NCBI GenBank assembly: GCA_951406725.2 | Contig: OX597820.1 | Location: 117,056,001 to 117,120,000, forward strand | Origin: Octopus vulgaris | Taxonomy: Eukaryota | DNA: 64,000 bases | Reading direction: 5' to 3' | Part shown: positions 40,889 through 52,680 of the stretch, in pieces | Layout of the letters: each line of letters starts with the position of its first letter | How positions within the stretch are numbered: position 1 is the stretch's first letter | Notes under the pieces: generated by a model | Database searches by the model: none | What the model was told of the DNA's origin: nothing | Seen by the model: the letters and a program-made list of their open reading frames with translations, nothing else | Position numbers and translations under genes: made by a program

Positions 40889-41559
40889 TAAGACTACTTA
40901 CAAACAAATTATATTCTTTTATGCATCTATCTTTTTTTTTACACCACTTCCATAAGTGAAATGGTTGAATTTGTTGGAACAACTATTTTTATGGCTAAAT
41001 ATTCTTTTTATAGTTAAATATTTGACTGTGAACCAGCAGTGGAGTTTGTTTCTCTTTTATTCAAGCAAAGTAGAGCAAACTGATTTAGATATTTTTTCTC
41101 AGGAAAACAATACATAAGCTGTAATAATATTTGAACTTATAACCAAGCAGTTAACAGCTCAACACTTCAAACTCACAACCATTCAACCTCATAAATTTTC
41201 GACTTTAAATAACTTTAAATTTCAAATGATTCCGAGTACATTTAATACTTGTCTCTCTTGTGTGCACTTTTTCCCCACCAATATTGTGGAAGAAAATGTT
41301 TACTGGGAGAGAAAAGAAGTTCACTTCGCAACAATGGGACTTCAGAATGACTGTCGCTGCATGGGACCTTTGGCAAATGTCTCCTACCAAAGTATCAGGT
41401 AGACCAATGCCCTGCGAGAGATACAGGCAGAAACTGTACAAAAGTCTACCATAGGTGCAGGCATGGCTGTGTGGTAAGAAGTTTGCTACCCTGAGCTGCT
41501 TGGCAGTAGTTTGTCGGTGAGTATCATACCGGTGGAAAGGAATGTACTTGGACCTTAGC

Positions 41560-42040
41560 GAGTATGAGATGTCCTCAGCAGAGGAGGAGCTCATTAAGGT
41601 GGTAAATGGAATGGACGAGCATTTGGAAAGAGTAGAGAGTTTTCTGAGGCTGCAGAGGTGAAGAAAAGGGAGGTGGACCTAGCCGGGCTGAAGGAGCCGT
41701 GGAAGATGACACAGAAGTTGGGCAGTGATGTAAAGTTATTACCCCCGAAAAGGGTTATGGTAAATATGGAAAAGAAGACCATTACCTACAAGGTGTACTC
41801 AGCAGAGAGTAGGAAGGTGGAGCGGATGTAGATGGAAAAAGTAGAAAAGGGGCTTTTGAAGGTAGTGACATATATAGCGAAAGGAAATGGATATGGGACG
41901 GTGGTTGTCCTGTTTAGGACAGCAGAGGCTGGTGAGTAGAAAATGGTGAGAATGGAGGAAGTAGTACTTCTACCTACATAACTTGGAAGAAAGACTTCTA
42001 AGGTGAGGGTAGAAGGGATCCCACCCGATATAGAAGTGAG
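41560..42040 (+). pseudogene. Decayed LINE ORF1-like fragment inside a family B SINE
   Basis: Purine-rich frame with stops: KLLPPKRVMVNMEKKTITYKVYSAESRKVERM*...YIAKGNGYGTVVVLF...LLPT*LGRKTSKVRVEGIPPDIEVS; resembles an L1/Tx1-type ORF1 RRM region (inference). Confidence 0.45.
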
Positions 42041-42164
42041 TTGCTTGACAACCGATGTTGGTGTGTTTACGACCCCGTAACTTAGCAGGTCGGCAAAAGA
42101 GACCAATAGAATAAGTCCTGGGGTTGATTTGTTAGACTAAAAGATGATGCTCCAGTTTAAAATG

Positions 42165-42546
42165 GCACACGTCGAGCAAAATTGTCAATTACTAGAACAC
42201 ATTCCTCTTTGGGGATTTCCTTGATTTCTGTTGTGATTGCTGCCTTCAGTTCACCAATCATTTGAGGGTTGTTCTGGTAAACGTTATCCTTGAGATACCC
42301 CAACGGATAAAAATCTGGTGGGTTCAAGTCCAGTAAATGCAGTGCCCACTCAAAGTCACACTTCCTGCTGATCAGTCTCGCCTGAAATCGCTCTCTCAGC
42401 CAGGCTAGGGAGTCTTTTGATGCGTGGTGGGGTGGGGGGGCAACTTGCCGGAACCCCTGTGCATCTCAATCTATCCCTCTGCGTCGTTTTATTCAAACAG
42501 CTTTATTCAAAGATTTGGGAGTTCTGGGTTTTTTTGGGTCATCCTG
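42165..42546 (-). mobile_element. Internally deleted Tc1/mariner (maT/DD37D-like) element
   Basis: TA|CAGGATGACCC terminus at 42546; minus translation EWALHLLDLNPPDFYPLGYLKDNVYQNNPQMIGELKAAITTEIKEIP. Confidence 0.7.
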
Positions 42547-42689
42547 TATTAGTGCTACATGACTAACAAATTATCCTGCTGAGATAAAACAGAACAGTCG
42601 AAGTAACAGAAGCAAATAATAGCTTCTAATTTAAGATAATGAACTGGGAAACTGTAAAACCCTGCTCGAAGAAAACCGATTTCAAATCC

Positions 42690-43140
42690 TGGGTAGACCA
42701 TGCTTTCGAGCAAGAGCAGAACTGAAATTTGCTAAGGGAAGAAAACCCTGACAGAAAACCAACCCCCACTGCAGGTCTTGAAGTTTGGATATGAGGCTAA
42801 TCACCTGATCTTGAAAAAACTAATTACCAAAACTTCAAACACTCAGAAAAACCCACAAAGCTTTCAAGAGGCAGTGATTCCTAACCGGGAAAGAGAAGGA
42901 TGCATAAGGCACTTATGCATCCTGAGAGGAAGCTCAGAGGCTGATAACACCACCTGTCAATCCAATCATAGGGAATTGGATGACAGCCTTGATATGAGCC
43001 CCTAAAGGAAAGAGGAAGCACAGAAGCCTCAAGAATATCTGAAGAAGAACTGTGGAAAAGAGAGGCAAGCAGGTGGATGTGGAATGTGGAACCAGGCAAG
43101 AACCACAGCCACTGGCAGGAGAGCATGGAGAGAGAGTGGA
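42690..43140 (+). mobile_element. Deleted RTE-like LINE remnant
   Basis: RRTVEKERQAGGCGMWNQARTTATGRRAWRESG resembles the RTE ORF C-terminus. Confidence 0.45.
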
Positions 43141-43465
43141 AAACTTATGTGTTACCTAAAAGTACAAAGTGGAAAGAAGAAGAATTTGAGACAGAATGGC
43201 AAATGCTCAATGCTGCAATCTCTAACTGTCATCCAGCATGGGATAGCTATGCACTTCAAGTGCCATCAGTGGTCGGCTCTTTTACAATTGGGGTTTCTTT
43301 GAGTCAAGAAAAGACTTTTCTAGATCAGTACTCAGCACCCAGCTTGTCATGGTCCTCCAGGAAATAATAAAGGAATTTAAGTCAGGCTGACCCAAGGAGG
43401 GGCAAAACATCAGCAAAAAATACCATAGGAATGAGAACCCAGGGTTGGGTCCAAAATTCTACCAG

Positions 43466-43510
43466 GACACCTGATGAAGGCTGGAGAGTAAATCAGCTGA
43501 AACGTTGTGG
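43466..43510 (+). ncRNA. Minimal type-I hammerhead ribozyme motif
   Basis: GACAC-CTGATGA-A-GGCTG-gagagtaaat-CAGCT-GAAA-CG-T-T-GTGG: intact core, stem II, palindromic ACGT stem III, CAC/GTG stem I. Confidence 0.65.
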
Positions 43511-43574
43511 TAACAACAAAGAAGATGAGGACACATATCTGTCCAATGTAAATAATGTAAATTTACATTAATAA

Positions 43575-44925
43575 ACACTAGAAATGTACAGAAAATAGAC
43601 TCCATGAAATGCCAGGGGGTGGATACCTAGTAGAAGCTGATAGCTTTTGTTATCTAGGTAACCAGATCAGCAGTGGAGGTGGATGCTCTGAGAGCATGGC
43701 AGTGAAACATGGGCCGAGACTGCAGAGGACATGCAAGGGCTTGAAAGGAATGAATCTAGTATGCTCTGCTGGAGGTGCAATATCAGTGTGTGTGTGTGTG
43801 ACAGAGAGTAAGCATCTTAAGAGAAAAATTGGGCATTAAAGGCATTAGATGTGGTGTGCAAGAGAGGTGACTGTGATGGTATGGTCATGTGATGTGTAAA
43901 GTACTGATCTCTAACTGTGGAGGGAACCTGTGGAAGAGGTAAACCAACAAAGACAAGGTGTTGAAATATGATCTTTTAATGTGGGATCTCATGGAGCCAA
44001 TGACAAGTGACCGTGATCTTTGGTGATTTGCTGTTCTTGAGAACACTTGTCAAGCCAAGTGAAATCATAGCACTGGGTGGTACTGGTGACATGTAACAGC
44101 ACCTGTGCCGGTGACACGCAACGGCACGCGTGCCGGTGACACGCAACGGCACCCGCGCCGGTGACACGCATAGGCACCCGCACCGGCACCCGTGCCCGTG
44201 ACACGCAACGGCACCCGGGCCGGTGACACGCAACGGCACCCGTGCCAGTGACATGCATAGGCAACGCATAGGCACCCGCACCGGTGACACGCAAAGGCAC
44301 CCACCCGTGACACGCAACAGCACCCGGGCCGGTGACACGCAACAGCACCCGTGCCGGTGACACGCAACGGCACCCGTGCCGGTGACACGCAAAGGCACCC
44401 GTGCCGGTGACAGGCAAAGGCACCCGCGCCGCTGACACGCAACGGCACCCGCGCCGGTGACACGCAAAGGCACCCGCGCCGGTGACACGCAAAGGCACCC
44501 GTGCCGGTGACACGCAAAGGCACCCGTGCCGGTGACACGCAACGGCACCCGTGCCGGTGACACGCAAAGGCACCCGTGCCGGTGACACGCAAAGGCACCC
44601 GTGCCGGTGACACGCAATGGCACCCGTGCCGGTGACACGCAACGGCACCCGTGCCGGTGACACGCAACGGCACCCGTGCCGGTGACACGCAAAGGCACCC
44701 GCGCCGGTGACACGCAAAGGCACCCGTGCCGGTGACACGCAGAGGCGCCCGTGCCGGTGACACGCAAAGGTACCCACTACACTCTTGTACTTGTTAGCAT
44801 TAGGAAGGTCATCCAGCGGTAGAAACCAAGCCAAAATCAAACTGGAATCTGCAGTTCTTTAGTGCAGCTCTCCAGCTTACCAATTCCAACATAGAAAGTG
44901 GATGCTACATGAAGATGTTCATCAT
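43575..44925 (+). mobile_element. RTE-clade LINE 3' remnant (ORF end plus 3' UTR containing a minisatellite)
   Basis: LVEADSFCYLGNQISSGGGCSES, ...WYGHVM...VEGTCGRGKP..., stop ~44062, then a UTR equal to family D. Confidence 0.75.
44099..44770. repeat. 25-bp GC-rich minisatellite (GGCACCCGTGCCGGTGACACGCAAM), about 27 units
   Basis: Directly visible; the 25-aa periodicity in all three minus frames confirms a 25-nt unit. Confidence 0.95.
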
Positions 44926-45197
44926 GATCCTGATTTTATTCATGCTTTAACAGATGCAAATTTGATTTTTATAGAAAGCATGCACTGTGCAACAGTCATA
45001 GACAATTTACCTTAGAGTTTGATCGTTATATATTCAAGTTTCAACAACTGCATTTTTAATTTGTTGCTTTGCATTGTTGCATTGCTGTTAATTCAGAATG
45101 AAGGAATAGTGAGATGGTTAAGAAGTTTAATTCCCAATTATAAGTCCCAAGTTCAAATCCACTGTGTGGCAGTTATAGCAATTGTCTTCTATTATAT

Positions 45198-45413
45198 ATA
45201 TTTCTTTACTACCCACAAGGGGCTAAACATAGAGGGGACAAACAAGGACAATTCGATTATATCGACCCCAGTGCGAAACTGGTACTTTATTTATCGACCC
45301 CGAAAGGATGAAAGGCAAAGTCGACCTCGGCGGAATTTGAACTCAGAATGTAACGACAGACGAAATACCGCTAAGCTTTACGCCCGGCGTGCTAACGTTT
45401 CTACCAGCTCGCC
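45198..45413 (-). mobile_element. SINE family A in an old family B copy
   Basis: 14-bp TSD GTCTTCTATTATAT (45184-45197, 45414-45427). Confidence 0.9.
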
Positions 45414-46428
45414 GTCTTCTATTATATCATGAGGTCAACTCAAGCCTTGTGAGTAAAAATTAGTGAACGACGGGCCCAGCCTTATTACTGTGCCATGTTG
45501 ATGGTTGAATTAAGAGTGTGAAGAAGAGGAATATTCAGCCACTTACACTCTAAGACAAGTTGTTCCATTGATTAAACATTGATTATTGAAACAAACATCA
45601 GATTCATCCAATCAATTGTTAACCCTTTCGTTACTGTATTTCTGTTGAGACGCTGTGTTTCTTTGCATTTTGTCCAGCATGCAAACAGTTCCGCTCGTTT
45701 ACTGCCTTGACCATACTAAATACAAAGTTACAAAAGGAAAAGTTATTTGAAAACACTTCATTGTGATCTTCTGTATTTTAAAACCAAAGTCTCTTTGTAT
45801 GAAAGGCCACTTCAGTGCACTTCAAAGTATCAGGTTTCCTATCAGTCCCTCTTAAAATTTTCTGACTAATCCAGTGACTGACAGCACGGATTATATAATT
45901 ATATCTGGTTTCTTAATCCATTTATTGCTTTGTTGGTTCTGTGAAATTTTCCAAATTTCATTTGGTTCAGATTTTTTCCCCAGTTTTAAATCTTTTATTT
46001 CTAGGCTTGCACAGATGGAATGTTTCATTTAATGGAACAGTAATTTTTACTTCACAGTTGGCTGCCCTCTTCACTGCTTTCAGATTTTTTCTATCAAATG
46101 TAATACTTATTTATTCACTTTGTTTTGAATAAATTAAACATTACCTTGTAGCTTTGAGATTCTGATGATGTGAACACTTATTTTTTTAGAGTGACATTGT
46201 AGGATAGGTGTGAGTGGCCAGACCTGGCTAGTTTGAACATAAAACAAGTAGAATAGTTTGGCCGGATATGGCCGGTTTGAACGCGAAAGGGTTAAACGTG
46301 AAATAGGAGTGAAACCTGTTTTTGTCAATCAAGTGAAATTAATCAAGAAGAGTTAACATGTGTTGCTCAAAGCTACCAAATTAAGATGAGTATAGTAGTA
46401 CCATTGTATTTCACTGTGTGACAATACC

Positions 46429-46831
46429 AAGGAGTGGCTGTGTGGTAAGTAGCTTGTTTACCAACCACATGGTTCCGGGTTCAGTCCCACTGCATGGCAC
46501 CTTGGGCAAGTGTCTTCTACTATAGCCTCGGGCCAACCAAAGCCTTGTGAGTGGATTTGATAGACGGAAACTGAAAGAAGCCCGTCATATATATGTATAT
46601 ATATGTATGTGCGTGTATGTGCGTGTATGTGTGTGTCTGTGTTTGTCCCCCTGGCATTGCTTGACAACCAATGCTGGTGTGTTTATGTCCCCGTCACTTA
46701 GCGGTTCGGCAAAAGAGACCGATAGAATAAGTACTGGGCTTACAAAGAATAAGTCCCGGGGTCGAGTTGCTCGATTAAAGGCGGTGCACCGGCATGGCCG
46801 CAGTCAAAATGACTGAAACAAGTAAAAAGAG
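46429..46831 (+). mobile_element. SINE family B, full length
   Basis: tRNA-like head, CACCTTGGGCAAGTGTCTT CORE-like motif, internal TA/TG tract, tail GACTGAAACAAGTAAAA. Confidence 0.9.
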
Positions 46832-48335
46832 GAATAGCAAAACTGCATATATCTTTTGTTACTGATGACATCATCAACATCTTCGTTTTAACAACCACGC
46901 TTCCATGCTTGCATGGGTTGGATAGAACTTGCTGGCGTGGATTTTCTATGGCTGGATGCCCTTCCTGTTACCAACCCTCACCTGTTTCCAAGTAAGGTAA
47001 TAGTTTTTCCATGGCTAGACAGGTTTACATAGAAGACTGCAATTGAAGGATACCAAATGCACAATAGTGACACATCATCATCATCATTGTTTAACGTCCG
47101 CTTTCCATGCTGGCATGGGTTGGACCGAGGACTGGCAAGCCAGAAGGCTGCACCATGCTCGAATCTGATCTGGCAAAGTTTCTACAGCTGGATGTCCTTC
47201 CTAACGCCATAAGTTACAACAATCACACAATGTCAAAACAAGGAAATACCAATTCACAAACACACACACATTTATATATAATTATGATGAGCTTCTTTCT
47301 GTTTCTGTTTACGAAACCCACTGACAAGGCTTTGGTCAGTCGAGGGCTACAACAGAAGATATTTGTCTAAAATGCCATGCAGTAGGCCCGAACCAGAACC
47401 AAAAGGTTGGGAGGCAAGCTTCTTGATACTCAAGAGAAACTTATTTGCTGGCAGGTTGCTACCCTTAAAAATCAGCAGCTGTTCTCTTTGTAATTAAACT
47501 AGGACCAATAGAATTATGTACCTTGCCCAAGTCGTCAAACAACATTGATTACTTGAAATTCAGGGCATTTTAATCATTAACAAATAAAGAATACCCAACA
47601 AGGCTTTGCATTTTCAAGAATTACTTCTCTTTCGTGTATTTTTTTATTATTGTAGTAAGAATGCAACCAAAGAAAAATAATGACCTTTCCTTAGATTTTC
47701 TACCACCGTTATACAGTTGCATTATTTGCTACAAAGCTTTTTGAACTGATAGTTACCAGGCAAACCAGGCTAATCCATGGCAACATGAGAAGGTATAACT
47801 AATCAGGGCAACGTATATAAACGCAAAGCCTCAGATTGATAAAGGTGGCGGGGAAGATTAAATAATATTCATGACTTTTTTTCAAGAACTGTTGTGAAAC
47901 GGAAGGCAGCGTTTTGGCAGAAACATTAGAACGCCAGGCAAAATGCTTGGTGGTATTTTGTCTGTCTATACGTTCTGAGTTCAAATTCTGCCAAGGTTGA
48001 TTTTGCCTTTCATCCTTTCGAGTAGCATTTGTGTAATTGACTGGCCTCCTCCCCAAGAATTTAGGGCCTTGTCCCTAGAGTAGAAAAGAAGTGTTGTGAT
48101 ATCAAATTTATTTTCACCGTCTGCTGGCCGTTCGCCAGCCTCGTCTGGCACCTGTGTCGGTGGCACATAAAAAGCACCCACTACACTCACGGAGTGGTTG
48201 GCGTTAGGAAGGGCATCCAGCTGTAGAAACACTGCCAGATCTGACTGGCCTGGTGCAGCCTTCGGGCTTCCCAGACCCCGGTCGAACCATCCAACCCATG
48301 CTAGCATGGAAAGCAGGCGTTAAATGATGGTGATG

Positions 48336-48549
48336 ATTTACATTTGATGAATATTTGTCCTCATCTTGTTTGTTGTTGACACGTTTCAGCTGATATACCC
48401 TCCAGCCTTCTTCAGGTGTCTTGGGGAAATTTCAAACCTGGGTTCTCATTCCTATGTTATTATTATTGTTCAGGTCACTTGGAATCGAACTTGCAATCTT
48501 GGGGTTAATAGCTCGCGCTCTTAACCACTATGCCATATGCCCGTGGGCA
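48336..48549 (-). mobile_element. tRNA-headed SINE-like element with hammerhead remnant
   Basis: A box TGGCATAGTGG (48535-48525), B box GTTCGATTCC (48490-48481), GACAC-CTGAAGA-AGGCTG...CAGCT-GAAAC-GTGTC. Confidence 0.8.
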
Positions 48550-49102
48550 ATTAATGGAATGAATTTTAGGGCTTATAAATCTAATATTTTTCTATCCTTC
48601 CCTAATACCGATTCCCATATGCTGCTCATATCTGCACTCGGTCTGCTTAGGAACTGAAATCAAATTGTTACAAAACCAAGTTCCTGTCCTCCATCACCAC
48701 CACCTCCAAGCCCATGGGTGCTAAAATATGAAAGGATTCCAACAAGTGTCAACCATTTCATTTGATCAGTTTCTAAGAAAGGACCGGACAAGACATACAA
48801 CTGTAAGCAGTTGTCGTTTTTATCTTTTACTCATTTCAGTTACTAGACTGTGGCCATGCTGGAGCCCTGCCTTGAAGAAACTATAATCGAATGAATCAAC
48901 CCCAGTACTTTTTTTAAAGCCTGGTACTTATTCTATCAGTCCCTTTCATCAAACTGCTAAGTTACAGGGACATAAACACACCAACACAAGTTGTGAAGTA
49001 GTTGGAGGGGAGCAAAGAAAGACACACATTTTATAAATATATATATATATATGAAATAAGTATAAAAATGTACATTGTCCATTTAATTAAAAAAATTCTA
49101 TA

Positions 49103-49190
49103 TGTGGCTGAAGATTGCTCGACATTTTAAAACTGATGTAATACTTACAGTGTTTAATAAAATGAAGTAGCATGAAACGATTGTACTACA
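49103..49190 (+). ncRNA. Minimal type-I hammerhead-like motif with long stem-II loop
   Basis: TGTGG-CTGAAGA-T-TGCT...AGCA-T-GAAA-CGATTG-T-A-CTACA; paralog at 57572-57656. Confidence 0.6.
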
Positions 49191-49300
49191 CTACCTTGGA
49201 TATCCTTGTTGCTTATTTTGATTATAATCACCCCATTTGATTTATATGGAAAATATCATACCAAATTCTGGTGGCTTTAACTTAAGTACCATATTCATCT

Positions 49301-49690
49301 CTCTTTACTCTTTTACTTGTTTCAGTCATTTGACTGCGGCCATGCTGGAGCACCGCCTTTAGTCGGGCAAATCGACCCTGGGACTTATTCTTTGTAAGCC
49401 TAGTACTTATTCTATCGGTCTCTCTTTTGCCAAACCGCTAAGTGACGGGGGCGTAGACACACCAGCATCGGTTGTCAAGCAATGCTAGGGACACAAACAC
49501 ACACACATATATATATATACATATATACGACAGGCTTCTTTCAGTTTCCGTCTACCAAATCCACTCACAAGGCATTGGTCAGCCCGAGGCTATAGTAGAA
49601 GACACTTGCCCAAGATGCCACGCAGTGAGACTGAACCCGGAACCATGTGGTTGGTTAGCAAGCTACTTACCACACAGCCATTCCTGCGCC
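49301..49690 (-). mobile_element. SINE family B, full length (second partial copy 49720-49880)
   Basis: Reverse-complement homolog of 46429-46831. Confidence 0.9.
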
Positions 49691-50304
49691 TCTGAATCTA
49701 AATTTTGCTGAACTTATATATATACAACGGGCTTCTTCCAGTTTCCGTCTACTAAACCCACTCATAAGGCTTTGGTCAAAACAATGCTATAATAGATGAC
49801 ACTCGCTCACGGTGCCACACAGTGGGACTGAACCCAGAACCATGTGGTTGGGAAGCAAGCTTCTTACCACACAGCTACACATGGCCCTATGCATTTACTC
49901 ATAAACAGTTACACAATTAAAGACATCGTTTTTTGAAGTTGGAGAAAGCAAGGAGTTGAAATCCAAAATAATAGCTGGAAACTAACGACTGCTTATTCTA
50001 AAGCTATTTCCATATTACATCAATATTATGTCAGCAGGTACTAAATCATAAATATGGGATTGCCACAAAGACCATTTCCTCCAGAGAGGTCAACTGTCAC
50101 CGACTTAAAGAGGAATTACACCACCAAAAGGAAAGGAAAGAAAATTCTTTTAGCTATCAAACAGCACTGAATTATCAATCTAGATTGTTCTGTGTTCAAA
50201 CCCCACCCAAGTCAACGTTACCATTTTGTATGTCAATAATACCAATTAATTATTTTGGTCGTCAAGTCAATTGACTCAATTATTCTATGACATTGAGAAC
50301 AGAT

Positions 50305-50722
50305 GCAGGTATGGCTGTGTGGTAAGAAGGTTGCTTCCCAACCACATGGTTTTGGGTTCAGTTCCACTGTGTGATACCTTGAACAAGTGTATTCCATTAC
50401 AGCCCTGAGCTGTCCAAAGCCTTGTGAGTGGATTTGGGAGACAGAAACTGAAAGAAGCTCTTTGTGTTTGTGTGTGTATTACTAATCGCCTGGCGTTGAC
50501 ATTGTGTGATACTTGTAAACGAATGTCGCCGTCATAAAAGCAGTGTCTCTTTCCAATCTTCCGTGAAACCGTATATAATCATGGGGAAATATTATCTTAC
50601 CTGGAAACAGGTGAAGGTTAAGTGAAAAGACGGGCATCCGACTGTAGAAAATCCGTCTCAACAAATCCCGTCAGACCCATGCAAGTATGGAAAAGTGGAC
50701 GTAAAAATAGAATGATGATGAT
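50305..50722 (+). mobile_element. SINE with family B head and RTE-type (TGA)n tail
   Basis: Family B head, then ...GGGCATCCGACTGTAGAAA...ACCCATGCAAGTATGGAAAAGTGGACG...ATGATGATGA; similar copy at 17973-18340. Confidence 0.8.
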
Positions 50723-52019
50723 TGAGAACTTGTGCCGATATGATTCCCCATTGCTTTCAATTAAAAAGAAGATGAAAGGGAAGTCAAACCTTGTTGGATT
50801 TGAAATCTAGAATGCGAGGTTAAGACTAGACAATGTAAAACAACTGACCCATCGTCTCACCCCTACCATCTACATTAATCTTAGTTAATACATCTCTTTT
50901 AAGTGTCTGCAACACCTTTCTTCAGGTACTGCAACCAACAAGTCGTGTTTTATCAACAACACTCTCCACAAGGCGACGAAGGCAAAAATGCTGGTTGCGA
51001 AATTCTTGCTTTTTCACAAAGCACAGCTGAACCACTAGGAATGGAAAACCTGTCCAAAAACTCCAGTCACTGAGAACTTCACAAGACAGGATTAACTAAA
51101 CGATACTAAATAGAAAATTAAAGGGCATTAAACCTGAATATACATCTCACCAAGTCACTAACACGTGACAGCTCATAGAAAATCTCGTATTATGTTAAAA
51201 AATATTTAATAATAATAATAATAATAATGTAAGACAATCTTAGAATAATTCACTGCGAGATATATTAACCGACTTTTAATTTTTGATGTTTAAAAACAGA
51301 ATTCGGAAACGTACTTCAAAAATGTATGAATAAACGGTAGACAATACAATGGTAATCTGAAGTGTAAGGAATTCCTTTGGCGATATAAATAACGCTAGAA
51401 TATTTAGCATAGGGTTAAAGTTAGAGAATTCATCGAGTCACATGGAAGCCACATTAAGAAGGAACACGGGAAAATGACAGAGATGCAAATATTCGGAACA
51501 GCTAGCGTTAGGAGTTAGAAATTTCACATTTATGGATATTAAACAAGTAATTTATTAATAATTCTTCTGACAATGAGAATGGAAGTGACTGAAAGGCATC
51601 ATCGCCGATCCATAGGAAGCTCGAATATGCATGCTTTCAGTAAATCAATACCTTCGTCACACACCCCCACTTTCTCTCCCCCACCTCCGGACTTTCGCCA
51701 ATGGCAGGAATATAGTTGTCACACAGAACAGTGAAATGGTTTTCAAAGCTGGTCAATGACCACACACAAGCTGTACAACAAGGAATACTAAACCAAGACA
51801 TGGAATTATCATTCTATATGAAATCGTAAGGTGTCTCTTTCGGCACTATTGGCAATCAAGTAGTACCGATGCACATTAATGGTAAATAAATGACAATTAT
51901 ACAAAAGGGGAGGGGGGACAATAATTATCGTCTCACAACTGAGTGAAGGTAAAAAGGGGGTCCTTTATTTGAAGTCAACGATGAGCTAAGGAACAGTGCG
52001 TGAATACACACACACACAC

Positions 52020-52064
<45 letters not shown>

Positions 52065-52218
52065 CACGTTAATATGGAAAACCCCTAATATGGAATAGAA
52101 GCTATGCGTTATGGAAATTGCTAATTGCCATCATTTTAAAGCCTCGCATCATTATTCTTTACTTTTCGAGATTAGTAAATTGTCTACCAGTTGTCATTGG
52201 TAGTGTTGGAGGACTTAC

Positions 52219-52282
52219 AGAGAACAGCGTAACTCGAAGACAAAATAGCCGGAAACGACAGCGTAATAGAATTTCGATTCAT
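52219..52282 (-). CDS. Candidate short ATG-started exon MNRNSITLSFPAILSSSYAVL, phase 1
   Basis: ATG at 52282, 21 open codons + 1 nt, consensus donor GTAAGT (52218-52213); CpG-rich unique sequence. Confidence 0.3.
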
Positions 52283-52529
52283 CAAATACAATGTCAGATC
52301 ACTGAATTAATTATACCCGTCATGTAAAACCCATATTAGTCAGCACAAAGGAAACTATATTACACTGATGCTCAAAATAATTACTACATAAAGATGAATT
52401 TCTTCAAGCCATGTGACAGCACACATAATAAATAATATATTTATTTATTTCACAAGGTGGCAGAAAGAGAAGGGTTTAATTATTTGATGAGAGTCGGATG
52501 CTGTACATGCTGTTAAAAGTTGTATTTAC

Positions 52530-52680
52530 ATCTGACAGTGACGTCTGGAAAGATGACGAGTGCGAAGATAACATGTGGTGATGGTGGTGAACCGATCAAT
52601 TTTAGTCTTAACTCTATCAACTTTATATTTTGACACACTTAGCAATGATTGCAGATATTTAGTAGTGCAACTCTTCATAT
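52530..52680 (-). other. Candidate internal exon (151 nt)
   Basis: Minus-strand acceptor ttcttaccaatttacacAG and donor GTAAAT. It could encode MLSSHSSSFQTSLSD (phase 0) or MKSCTTKYLQ... (phase 2), or be UTR. Confidence 0.35.

Noticed and set aside
42760-42810. HDV-like ribozyme at the 5' end of the RTE remnant
   Set aside because: Only a GAGGCTAA-like trace remains; the nested pseudoknot pairings cannot be reconstructed.
44099-44770. CRISPR-like array
   Set aside because: Units are contiguous with no unique spacers, the context is eukaryotic, and there are no cas genes.
43976-44840. Three long overlapping Cys/His/Arg-rich ORFs (232-283 aa)
   Set aside because: Artefact of a stop-free 25-bp minisatellite; all three frames give the same permuted peptide.
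45548-45569. Minus-strand MEQLVLE phase-1 exon with GTAAGT donor
   Set aside because: The donor lies in a decayed family C SINE tail (CAGCCACTTACAC motif). It also shows that such candidates can arise by chance.
50895-51048. Minus-strand coding exon
   Set aside because: All three frames contain stops and the donor is weak; at best UTR.
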